Assembly (NCBI GenBank): GCA_951406725.2
Contig: OX597821.1
Coordinates: 31,620,001-31,684,000 of the forward strand
Reading direction: 5' to 3'
Length of the DNA: 64,000 bases
Source: Octopus vulgaris
Lineage: Eukaryota
How positions within the stretch are numbered: the first letter of the stretch is position 1; each line of letters opens with the position of its first letter. The notes beneath the pieces are model-generated. The model searched no databases. It was not told the DNA's origin and was given only the letters and a program-made list of their open reading frames with translations. Positions 51,645 through 64,000 of the stretch are shown here, in pieces. Both the position numbers and the translations under genes were made by a program.

Positions 51645-52855
51645 TATAATAGCATGCATATTTTTTTTAAATGCGTTTTTGAGTGTAAGTGAAAGGAAAA
51701 TGAGAGAGTGGTAAATTCATATCCAGAGTGTGATCTGCATTAAATCTACGTGTTGATACTTATTCTTTATTATTACACAATTCTCTTTCTAAAGATTTGA
51801 TAAATATCTTTCAATGTTACGCCAATTTAATTCCTTACTCTGGATTTTGCGAAAGAGCGCAATGCCTTTTTTCCTTGTAGGATTCATTGCATATATACCG
51901 TCCAATTAACGACATCAATTAATCGTTGTGCCTTTCCCTTTTAAATATCAAGTAGTGTGATTATGCGGAACATCTATATAGCTTAAGCCCACCTATCATA
52001 TTTATGCAGTCTGTGTGTAATTCAACGTTGCATAAATGTATAAATACTGATATGCTATGCGTTACTAAAGGAAAACTACAATTTATAATGAATGAGTTTT
52101 AATTGTAGAAAGCCAATATGTTTACTCATTGCACAGAAATTGAAGCAACGGTAATACAATGTGTCTAATAATATAAAGCAATATTTTGTTTAATTTTCAA
52201 TAAATTTCATATAGTTCAAGTTAACCATTGAATACAATCGTTAGTGCACAATATTTCATAAACGATTCTCAGGCATATTTTTTACATCAGTATTTTTACA
52301 AAATATTTTTCACTTTGTCCAAACACTTTCTATGAGTATTTTTTACACCTTCCTGTAATGCTTCAGGTACTAATTAATTTAAAGATGAATTAGCATTTCA
52401 AATCGATACATGGACACCGGAATGCTTTTTTTCATGAATTATTATAGTTATTAAACGTGCAATATGGCATTCTCATTTGTAAACAATATTCAAGACGTTC
52501 ATTGAAATTAGCAACGTGTCTGTATATTTTTAAAAGATATAATACTCAGGGTGAAAAAGTTTGAATCGTATTGGTAAATTCATCTGAAAATTATATTTTG
52601 ATTTGTGTGCTACACGTTTTAGAACTGGGAAAGTATATGTAACAATAAAATTCTGAATTCTATTATTGCGGCATAGGACAATGCAATTCTGATATCCCAG
52701 CATCTCAGAACTTATTTTTACTTGAATAAATCTTCCAAAACATACTGGTGCATTTGTCATATTTATGCAACGTGCACCACTTTTTCGAAACTATTCCTGT
52801 GCCATTCGAAAATGGATAGCACATTGTATTATATTCATCATATTTTCAACCTTAA

Positions 52856-53462
52856 CCCTTGGACCCCACAAAATTTTTTTATGTTACGCAAATTTTACAT
52901 TTTTTATTTAAAGGATTATATATCTCATGACTTATATTGTTTACAGTTTATGTATACACCTAAAGATTTTTGAGCTAAAACGTTCCAGTCATATGAATGC
53001 TTTAGCATAAAATATGGTCTTTGGTGTCCAACTGGACACCATTGGTCTTCTGTACTATTATTTTCTTCTTTTCATTTTACAGATATTCTGATGAACTATA
53101 AGTCAATTTTATTCGTATTTGTACTGGTGTGAATCAGTATACTAAATAATTTTGTTTTATTTTACATTTAGTTGTATATGTATAGTTTACATAACCATAA
53201 AAGAATGTTGATTTCTTTCAATAAAGGTTTTTTTTTTCAGTTAATAAATAATATTTTAATTTCCTTTCATTAAACGCCAATAATTCCAGATATATACCTA
53301 TAAAGTGCTAAACGCTTGTTCTGCATTATTCACTCACACATATATACAAGATTAAGCAAATATAACTCTAGGGATAGTGCGGAAATGTGCAAAAATAAAG
53401 CGGAGTCCCACGGGACTCCGATGGCCTTCTGTGTTATTCTAACCCCGCCGGCCCATGAAGGG
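52856..53462. mobile_element. piggyBac-like non-autonomous element
   Basis: TTAA-CCCTT ... AAGGG-TTAA. Internal palindromes ggtgtcca-ac-tggacacc (53023-53040) and cggagtccc-ac-gggactccg (53401-53420). Confidence 0.65.
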
Positions 53463-55724
53463 TTAAAGGAAAATCCATAAATATATATTTACTTTCAATA
53501 ATGTTATAGCACATATCACCTACATGCCTACGCCATGAAATCCTAATTTCAATTTTCTTCTCTGACTAACCGAGTTGAATGGAAAGTAATTTCAGAAGAA
53601 TTTCTTTTTTGGGGCTAGTAGCAACACGTTTTAAATCTTTTGCTACTATCCTACCAATCTTCTTCCTTTGCAGTGACCTCACTAATTATGTTTATGATAG
53701 TTATTAACTTTTGCTGAGTCAGATATATCTGTTGACATGCCAAAGCTAAGTATGACCCTGTCTTATTTTACTAAATCCCCTAACAGCAATATTTGTAGGC
53801 CAGTAGATATTGCATGGATTCTTTTGATGATATCTTTAAACCTTGTATTGCTGACCTCATCTTAAATTTGTTAGAAACTCCATTAAGTAAGCTCTCGGCG
53901 ACACTCAGAAGTGCCTTTGTAAACGACACATCGTCTTGCTTCCTTTCTTTTTCGTCAGCAAAAGAGAGATTTTAAAAGAAGCAAAGAATCAAACGTCACA
54001 TCGTTGCACACACACACACACACACACACACAAACATATATATATATATATATATATATATTCACTATTTTTCAGGAAAAAAACTGACTTTTTAGCGGAT
54101 AGAGACGATTTTAGATAATTCAGTTTCTATCTTCGTATTTCTAATGAATGTAGATGGCTTTATTAATGACGTTTGATTCATGTTTAATATACCATGTTCC
54201 TTGAACAGGAAATACATGAAGATTTTTAAGAAGACACAGTCGTCCATATCTACACGAACACTCGATAGCTAAGTTTTTATCCCTCACGGAACTATGAAAA
54301 GCAACGTCGAAATCCGAGGTTAAAAGTCACAAGTAAATAATTGTTTTGTATGTACTCATCAGAACTCAGATTTTGGAGAAAGTTTTAATTAACTCAGTCA
54401 TACTTGGTACTTATTTGGTACCATATTTTATTGCCTCGTTAAAAATGGAATGCAAAGTTGACCTCGTTGGGAGTTGAACTCAGAATGTAAAATGCCAGAT
54501 GATGAATTATACATTTTATCTGTAGTTCTGCATATTTTGATAATCCACATTCATTATTAATTATTAAATAATAAATAGAAATATATTCATAGAAACACTG
54601 TCTTTCCACTAATTTAGTCGGCATTTATTTGCTGACGTACAAATTATAAGACAATTTCAAAATATTATTACATGCTCTGAACATTTTACTGATTGCATTG
54701 TGAAATCATTTTCTGAAAACTATTGTAGCATAAAGTACATATCATTACGCATTTGTTTATATTAGAAAACGGGAATTCATGTCACGAATTAACACAGAGA
54801 AGTAAACCTGATTCTCTTGCTCCATATTTGTATCCTTTTAAGTGTAATCTAAACATGTCTAACACAACGAATTACTTATAGCAATATTATTGACCAATAT
54901 CTCAGTTCAGTGAGCGCGAAATTGATCACTGTATATAATTCTTAATAACGTGTGGACTAAAAGAAGGAAATTGCGGGAAACTTTAAGTACATGCAGTATT
55001 ATGTACAATCTAGCTTCATCATCCGTACATTTCATATTTGAATATATTTGTGGAAAATTGGAGCCGCCTCAAGTTTCTAATATAAAGATCATGAAATAGA
55101 AAACGGATCACATTCATGTTTAATATACCATGCTCCTTGAACAGAAAATACATCAAGGTTTTGAAGAAGACATATTCGTCCATATCTACACAAACACTCG
55201 ATAGCTAAGCTATCTAGCTTCACCCTAGCTTCATCATCAGTATATTCTGTATTTGAATATAATATTTGAGGAAAAAATGGAGCTGATTTTCTTTGCTGAA
55301 ATCTATATTGGCACATAACCACAGGCATAAAATTATTTTTCTTTTAATATACACCATAAATGTTTTATTTAAAACATAATCTAAGCAGGTATCATGGATG
55401 AAATAGATTCGTAAACGAATCATTTTCGTTACACCTCATATAAAACAATCCTAATTTTCTGTAGTCAATCGATAGGGACAATCTGTATATTAATCATTGC
55501 TCTGATGTTTTGATCAGTTAGCTTATAAACCGATGAGTCCAATCGAAAGACACCATGGATAAATCGTTCTTATATCCCTTTCAGAAATACATCAATAATA
55601 ATTCATAAATATTAAATAAATGATGATCGGTATAATATTTACCGAGCAGTTCCTGCCCTAGAAATATAAATCATGTATGGCATAAGATCTTTCCAAAAGT
55701 TATGTGCTTCAAATTCTGTCACAA

Positions 55725-56590
55725 TGCCAGCAATTTCAAGTGAGGGGGTAAGTCAATTACCTTGACGCCAATTTTCTCCTGGTACTTATTTTATTGACTC
55801 CGAAAGAATGAAAGGCAAACTCGACGTCGGTGGAATTTGAACTTAGAACGTAAGGACAGACAAAATCTTTCTAAGCATTTTTTTTTTTATTTCCTGGCAT
55901 TGTATCGATTCTGCCAGCTCACCTCAACTTCCGAAAAATGTAACGGCACGAAATCGAGTGAGGAAATAAATCGATTTCATTGATGCCAGTGTTCAGAAGA
56001 AACTTACTTCGTAGACCCCGAAGCGATGAAAAGCAAAGTCGAACTCGGCGGAATCTGAACTTAGAACGTTAAGATGGACAGAATATCGCTAAACATTTTG
56101 GCCACCGTGCTAACCATTCTGCCAGCTAGCCGCCTTAATATCTTAAAGTATATTGAATGCAAATTTTGGCTCAACGCCAGCAATTTTGTGGGAGGGAATA
56201 TGTTTATTATCTCGAACACAGTGTTCAACAGGTACCGTTTTACAACTCCGAAGATATGAAACGGAAAACGGACAGCCCTGGAATTTCAACTTGGAACACA
56301 AAGATGGATGATATTCTGCTTAGCTTTTTTGCTCACCATGCTAATGATTCTGCCAGCTCGCCGCTTGATTTTCCTACATTATCTTGATTCCAAATTTCGC
56401 CACAAGTCTAGGAATTGCGGGAGTAACTCGGCTACAACGACCCCAAAGCTCACCTGATAGTTAATTTATCGATCCAAAAGAATGAACGGAAAAGTCGACA
56501 TCGGCGAAATTTAAACTCGGAATATAAAGACGGTCGAAATATCTGCTGGGATTTTTCTCCAGCGTGCTAACGATTCCGCCAACACGCTGT
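55725..56590 (-). repeat. Head-to-tail cluster of four diverged SINE family B copies
   Basis: Approximate units 55725-55925, 55945-56135, 56170-56365 and 56395-56590, each ending in a variant of gattctgccagctc. Confidence 0.8.
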
Positions 56591-57877
56591 CCTAATGTCC
56601 TAAAATATATTAACACTATTATACAAGCAGCAGCAAAACACAATATGTGAATTGTGACGGGCAACTTCTCTATTTTCGTTTGAAAATTAATTGAAGAGGA
56701 TTAATATTTATTATTCAATTTAGAATACCATTTATCTATTTGTTCACACCTGTAAAACATAAAACAGCTATATTCATTGAAAATACATGCCGATGCTACT
56801 TTTATAAAATTCAGTATTTTAAACGAAAGCAAATGTTCACCTACTTTTGCTTATTCCATGGTAACAATAAATACATCATATAATATATTCTCACCTTTCA
56901 AACATTTAATAAATACTGTTTTTACACAACGCATTATTTAGAGACAATTTTGTATACTTTTTCAGCACTCCTCATACATAAGATTATATAGCTCGCAGAT
57001 ATTTTTGAATACTACTTACATGTTTTGTTATGTTTTTGAGTGATTTATTTATTTTTTTGCCGGTATATTCTCTTTGAAATTTCTCATCGAACAAGGATAT
57101 GCATAGAATACATTACATTGGTTGTCAAGTGAAAAAGACATGTTTCCTGAGGTACAAATGGAGACATCAGTGATTTACTATATATTCATGTGAGATATAG
57201 AAAAAAAAGTGAAAAATAAAGAATATGGAAATGAGAAATACAAGTATTAGAACAGGAAATTAAATATGTTAAAACAACTAATGAAATAAATTACTGCGAG
57301 CTATAACAAATGTATTAAATAAAATATACCATATCTACTCACCTGTCGACGTACATGCTTCTACAACAATAACGACATATATGTTTATACGTTTACAAAT
57401 CGTTATATACAGAAATGCTTCTCGTGTACTACATTCTCTTATCTTCCTCTTGATGTCTCATTTTTTAAATTATTCATCTCTCTCTCTCTCTCTCACTCTA
57501 ATTCACTCCCTTTCTCTCTCTCTCTCTGTCTAATTCTCTCTTCTTCTCTCTCTCTTTCCCTTTACGTATGTAATTATCAACCTTTTTTTCCAAATTTAGA
57601 TACGTTAGTCTATCGAAATATATTCATGCATATTTGCCGCGACACACAGATACATATATTTGTAAATATATGCACATGTGTGTGTGTCTGAGTGTGCGGT
57701 TTGGTACTTATTAGTTTATTGAAAGTCTTACGCAGAGATGGTAATTTAGCAAATCGTTATAAGTTAGTGTCGATATAGAACATTACTATTACACGAATTG
57801 TCAGGTAACTCTTGGTAACAAACCTGATGAATTTTCCAAATATACCGCTTATCTGAATAACGGTTGAGATCCAATTT

Positions 57878-58292
57878 GGATCTTTTCGGTTTGAACAGCA
57901 ATTTTTTTCTAGCGGTGTCATATGAAATTGTCACTCATAATTATGACCCTAGTATCGATCTATTGCATTTCAATAGCTTTTAGGGTTAGGGTTAGGGGTA
58001 GGGGAAGGGTATCTTTTTTCTTCATAAATGTAAATAAACCCAATCTGTTTCTTAAACGAGGAACATATTCATACGGAACAGAATGTTTTTTTTACCCCAA
58101 TAGACGTAATTGATTGGTTGAAATTGCAGAAATTGAAGAAAAAAACAACAAATATTTTACAAACTATAGAATTTTCTCAAAAAAGCTAAGAGAAAAATGT
58201 TTTATAAACACATTCTACCAGTATACGAAGTTTAACATTTTTTAATTACCTAGAAATTATGTTAAAAACTGCCGTTCAAACCGAAAAGATCC
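57878..58292. mobile_element. MITE with ~28-bp TIRs and 8-bp TSD (Merlin-like)
   Basis: GGATCTTTTCGGTTTGAAC.. / ..GTTCAAACCGAAAAGATCC. TSD TCCAATTT at 57870-57877 and 58293-58300. Superfamily inferred from GG ends plus 8-bp TSD. Confidence 0.88.
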
Positions 58293-58710
58293 TCCAATTT
58301 TTTTAGCTCTGGATTAAATCAACTCTCAACAGCGTATTTAAACCAATTTGAAATTACGATACAGTTTCTGCTTAATCGCTAGCAATTCCATAATAAGCAG
58401 ATTAATTCTAACCATTATTTATATTTATATTCTGTTTAAAATTCTAAAAGCATACAATTTTAATTTTATCGTTCATGATACAGTGAAAATGCATTTAATG
58501 GAAATGTTGTAAACAATATTGAATTAAGAGATTCGATATATTTAATCCCTCAAAATGGGTATTTGAAAATATCAGGGGGGTTTTCTGGATTTATCTCATA
58601 AAAAGGTGATCTTGAAATTATTAAAGATTTACAAGAAATTTATAAATATGTCAAGTCATAAAAGATGAGATGTTGAATTAACAGTCATAAGTATATATTG
58701 CACATACCAG

Positions 58711-58760
<50 letters not shown>

Positions 58761-58765
<5 letters not shown>

Positions 58766-59135
58766 GAAATAGAGAAAGAGAGAGAGAGGTTGTAGTAGTA
58801 CAAGGCACCACTGTTTAGTGGAAATAGCAGTAGATAATTTAGGACGCTATAGTAAAGCATCACAGAATATATACTGGCAAAGGCGTGTGAGGGCAGCGTA
58901 CATTAAAAATAATTTTGTTTTGCATCGAGGAAGAGGATTAGATAAATGGATAACTCAGAATCGGATAATAGAGTATCTACGTTTCGACCTCTTCAAATAC
59001 GCTTGTTATCGTAAATTTGATTAGTCTACTTTCAGCTAGATTTACCTGGACAATGTTTCAAATGTTGCTACATCAATATGCCAGTATACGTGCCTGAACG
59101 ACTAGCCATTAACAGAACCGAGAACGGTGAATGTA
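58761..59135 (-). mobile_element. Old (TA)n-anchored element with a hammerhead relic
   Basis: Starts (TA)n-AGGGT and has gaaatagcag at 58821. Minus 58975-59041: CTGAAAG-ta-gac..tcaaat/atttga..gtc-GAAA-CG-TA-GAT. Confidence 0.5.
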
Positions 59136-60380
59136 TACATAGACACACACATACATATACATACATACATGCATACACACACGCACACACACACACACAC
59201 ACACGGAAGATATATTAAAAACCCTTTAAAAATTCACCATTTAAAGAATGTATTTATCAAACAATTAGGATTTTTAATGAAATATTGTTTTTCCAGATGA
59301 ACAAAATCAAATAATCACTGGATATTATTAATAACAATGTCTTTAGTGATGCTAGTAAAATTAACTCTCAAGCAATCAATACACAACACGCATTTACATC
59401 TACATACATCCGCAGACATATTTGATAGCCTTCATAAACAATTTGGTGAATTCCGCAGTTAAACCGCCTCTGAATAGAAATAAATACAATTGGGCTTTTA
59501 ATAACTAAAATTAATTGATAAAAAGATTTACCTCTTTTGACCGACCATCAAATCAAACATCCCAGAAAATACCTCTACAAGAGTCTCGAAGAAGTATATA
59601 TAAGTTTGCTGAAATATCTGCACTCACACATTCGTATAGATTTAAAACGACACAAACCATCTCAAATGACGGCTCCCAAACATGATTTTCTAAACCCCGA
59701 GAAAATATATTGACCATTGACCACACACGGATATATAGAAAGGAAAAATGTCTATCGAATCCTTGAATTGGATGTATTTATCCAAATTCTGATTCTTTTC
59801 TCTTATTCATATAAAAGAAACATGTTTGGGTAGAATTTATAAAATTAGATTTTGAATGACACAAATATACATACCTGTAATCTTGTAAGGTTTTTGTTCT
59901 CTCGTGATAGTTTTATTCGTAATCTTACTTTTTTTCTTAATATACATATGTGTGTGTTTGTGTGTGTGTGTGTGTGTGTGAGTGTGTGTTTTACAAAATC
60001 TAAAGCATGGGAATGGAAAATTTAAGTCTGCAATTAATTCTATGTCTTTTAGCTAATTTGTTTCTTCTTTGTTGAGAACATGTTTATTGTAATTGATGTA
60101 TGCTTTCATTTTTTTAAAAGTTATTTTCTACTTATTTGATCTGCTAAATTCTGTTTCTCGACAAAACACTTATAATATGTTTAAAAAAAAGTATTATCTC
60201 TTTTAAATAAACGTATCCAAATATTGTGACATTTATTAGCAATTCAACTTCAGACGAAAAAATTCTATTATACTTCATGTTGTATGAGATAAATATACTT
60301 TGAAACATGCAAGGAAACTAAACGGATGTAGGAAGAGTTCTCAGGTTACCAAGGATCATTAGTCATAAAAATGACAGTTT

Positions 60381-60413
<33 letters not shown>

Positions 60414-60416
<3 letters not shown>

Positions 60417-60860
60417 GATATGCCAATACACACAGATAGAGAAATTAAGGCCAACAGACCAGATATAGTTGTCAGAGATCATGAAGAAAAAATGCCTTCT
60501 AATTGATGCATCAATGTACAAGCAGATGACAACGTGTCTCTAAAATAAATGGAGAAATTTTCAAAATACAAAGACCTGGAAATAGAGGTAACTAGAATGT
60601 CGAATCTAAAATCAGAAACAATTCCTATCATAATAGGTGCATTAGGCATGATAAAAAAATATTCAGACAAATACATAACAAAAACACCAGGACTTTCAAA
60701 CACATATAACATACATAAAGTTGCACTACTAGGCACTGCACACATCCTAGGCAGACCACTTTCCATACAGTAGCCATCAGAGCATCACAACAAATCACAG
60801 CACACACCCAAGGCACACAGAGCTGCGCTCGGTAGTGAAGTGAAAGCACGCTATAAAAAA
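60414..60860 (+). mobile_element. R4/Dong-like non-LTR retrotransposon 3' end (restriction-like endonuclease)
   Basis: WDMPIHTDREIKANRPDIVV..LID..EKFSKYKDLEIEV..IPIIIGALG..KVALLGTAHIL. Directly follows an (AAT)n tract at 60383-60414. Confidence 0.85.
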
Positions 60861-60869
60861 GTATTCATA

Positions 60870-62480
60870 GAAAGTATTCATAACTGTCATCGAAACCTTA
60901 AAACAACGTGTGCGGACCAGAACTTTAAATGTGCAGAGCTACACTGATCGCATGTCACAGTTCCAGCAAAACCGTTTATTCTCAAATAAACAAAGGTAGT
61001 TTTTTAAAGTGCTGATGAGGAAATACAGAAGGTAATACATCTCCTGACGCAGAAGAGACACGACAATTTCGGATTAAAATTTGGGGGCAAGTAGTTTCCC
61101 ACTATCACGGTGCTGGGTGGATTCATTCCGTTAAATCCAAACTACATCATCCCGAGTCTCCACGAGAGGGTCATGTGCGTATAACTACAGAGGTGTCATT
61201 GCACAGGGATCAAAACTGGCAAACTGGAAAGCGGCAGGATCAGACGGAATTCAAGGCTATTGGTTCAAGGGATTTAGGTCATCACAGAATTGCATTGCAA
61301 TTAGACATTTGCCCACAGAGCGGTGCAGTTCTGGAGTGGATAGTAGAGGGCAGTGAGTTATACCCTTTGCTTATCAGGTATACTCGCAGGGAAAATATTT
61401 ACTTTTTCCTGCAGAAAACGATCTACTGTCAATAGAACAAAGGGGATGCCGAAAAGAATCTAAGGGCACCAAGGACCACCTTGTGATAGAGAAGGTTGTA
61501 ATGAAGAAGTGTAACCGGTACGAAAAACCTTATGTATTACTTCAAAAAGTCTTACGCTATGTTGCCGTATTCGTGGATTTCGGAAACAATCAATATGTGT
61601 GGAATAACTGAGAACATATGTGCACTGATTAAGAACAGCATGCCTAGTTGGAAAACAGGTATTTTCTGCAACAACCAGCACGTAGCCGATAACGCAAAGT
61701 CAGTGCCCAAAGTCAGCGCGCACAATGTACCTCATCTCAAACAGAGCCTAAAATGGAAAGGCTGGTTGAGATTATACAAATGTGCAGCAAGGATATAGGG
61801 GTGGAGTTCGGTAACTCGAAGTGTGCAGTGCTTAATTTGAAGAGGGGGAGAGTGTAAATTGTAGGTGCGTAGAATTGCCAAACGGGGAGAGAATAGAAGA
61901 CTAAGATGATGATATGTAGAACAACCTTGGCACCATGGAGCTGGACAATATATTTTGCATAAAGATCACTGCATATTTCAAGTGCCTTAGATTTCTCTTG
62001 AAATCAAAACTCAGCTCCATACACATTATGACTGCCATGAATATATGACCAGTTGCTTTAGTCCGCTATAGTGCACCCATTCTAAAATGGACATAAGCGG
62101 TGATTAATCAACTCGATCGCACTACCCGGAAGACAATGACCATGTATGGTGCCCTCCACCCCAAAGGCGAATGTATACAGGCTCTACATGAAGAGGGGTA
62201 GAGGTGGACGAAAGCGGATTAGCGTACGAGAGTGCATCAACAGTGAAAGAAGAAGCATGGCAGAATTTTGGGTAAACAGCAAACAAGACCTCATACAGTG
62301 TGCTGCAAGTGCAGAAGGATTTAACAAAAATGGATTTGGGAGTGCTCATGATTTCCGATCAAGAGAAGCCAACGAGAGAAAAGAAATCCTATTCCGGGTG
62401 GAATTACATGGTCACTTCCACCCGAAATCAACAAATTAAAAACCAGAAGCCTCATAGAGATAGCTTAACAAAGGTGATGT
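60870..62480 (+). mobile_element. Heavily decayed R4/Dong-like RT region
   Basis: Fragments EQRGCRKESKGTKDHLVIEK, KKSYAMLPYSWI, GVEFGNSKCAVL and PKANVYRLYMKRGRGG, with many stops and frameshifts. Confidence 0.78.
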
Positions 62481-62493
62481 AAAAAAGAATAAA

Positions 62494-62594
62494 AGGTGGT
62501 GGTGTGGGTGGTGGTGGTGGTGGTGGTGGTGGTGGTGGTGGTGGTGGTGGTGGTGGTGGTGGTGGTGATGGTGAAGAAGAAGAAGAAGAAGAAG
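62494..62594. repeat. (GGT)n(GAA)n compound microsatellite
   Basis: Direct reading. Other trinucleotide tracts: (AAT)n 49588-49667 and (GTT)n 63105-63180. Confidence 0.97.
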
Positions 62595-63866
62595 TAATGT
62601 TTTCCTATAGATTCGGAAGAGATCAAGTTTAACCTGCCTTTTTCCGACAAGAACCCACAAATCAATCGTGCACGGGAACTTGATGAAAATCTGCATAAGG
62701 TTTTCGCCCCTTGTGCACATCTGGTATAAATTCGGGTGTTGGTACCTCCACCTTTCATAGTTGTTATTAAAGAGACAATTACCTTCGTGAAGAATTATCT
62801 TGCGAAGGATATTTGGAAATTTATCACAAGTACCAACAGAAAACTCTTATAGAATCTTAGACTGTTTTTCACAACGCAGTGTGTCGGCGTTGTACAACTG
62901 ATAGGGTGCTAAATTGCCGGGCGATATTCTACATACCAAGTGCATCGGACCCAGTTGACTTTTAACTCACGAATGCAGGTTGATGAAAGAAATTTCACCG
63001 CACAAAAGTTGACCTCACTACTTATCGGTTATTTTTCAGCGACAGCATGGACGTCGTACAAAAATATTAAAAAAGGATTACTATTACGTTGATTGTTGAT
63101 ATTCTGTTGTTGTTGCTGATGTTGTTGTTGTTGTTGTTGCTGTTGTTGTTGTTGTTGCTGTTGTTGTTGTTGTTGTTGTTTCAAATTATGGTACAAAACC
63201 ATCAAATTGAGGGATAGGCTCCAATCAATACCAGCTACATTATAACTTGATTGGTACTTTATTCTATCGTCCCTAAAAGAATGAAATTTCAACTTAACCA
63301 CGCCGGGTTTATATTCTCTTAGCTCAGACGAAATGCTACTAAGCATTTTTGTACGAGACCCTAATGATTCTGCCGGGTTTGCCAGCATGACACACTAGTA
63401 ATTATTAACACAGACAGGGTACACCAAAATTTGTGAGAGGAGTAGATTTCAATGCATTAGAATCTGATTAGCATTACAAATTTCGGGATAAGGAATAAAT
63501 TTGCATTTGTGTGAAAGACAAAAGATTTAAGAGAATCCGAAATGAATACCCCAATAACATAACAATGGTAATAAGCAATTATTTTGTTTTATAAGATTCC
63601 ATAAGTGATTAAAGGATATAAAATATATTTCGGTCTCGGTCATTGGATAAGTGTACAACACAAGTTCGAAAACATAGTAACTGATAAGAATGAAGTCATA
63701 AAGGGCAGCCTGATAGGAAGTAGTAACTCTTTTGATATTGTATCAATTCATCCAGCCATGATAGTACAAATAGGTTTTGGATAGTGAGTGATTAATTGTT
63801 ACTATCCATTCGTTTGTAAATATCACATAGTTTCCATTCTTTCCCTAAATTATGTATATGTGTATG

Positions 63867-63959
<93 letters not shown>

Positions 63960-64000
63960 CATATGTGCGTGTTTGTGGGTCTGTATGTGTGTGGTCGTGT

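Noticed and set aside
53087-61025. Isolated CTGATGA/CCGATGA heptamers (~53088, 55530, 57823, 61013)
   Set aside because: No correctly placed GAAA with helices II and III.

Overview
AT-rich, microsatellite-dense animal DNA. The SINE families and (TA)n/(CA)n load suggest a coleoid cephalopod such as Octopus; this is an inference, no search was run. I find no intact host protein-coding gene, and most listed ORFs are microsatellite artefacts. The window holds decayed mariner transposons, CR1-, RTE- and R4/Dong-like LINE fragments, Helitron relics, MITEs, an LTR-like insert and many tRNA-derived SINEs. The main signal is about a dozen non-coding elements, from several sequence families, anchored in or next to (TA)n tracts. 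Each carries a minimal type I hammerhead ribozyme (HHR), intact or decayed, with a palindromic helix III, and most have an inverted segment at the 5' end. Two young copies (3.6-5.55 kb, 557-bp unit; 47.1-49.07 kb, 476-bp unit) are head-to-tail arrays with one HHR per unit, the layout expected for Penelope-dependent, retrozyme-like elements that produce circular RNA monomers. A decayed Penelope GIY-YIG element with the same architecture lies at 7.1-8.6 kb. All coordinates and RNA folds were read by eye.
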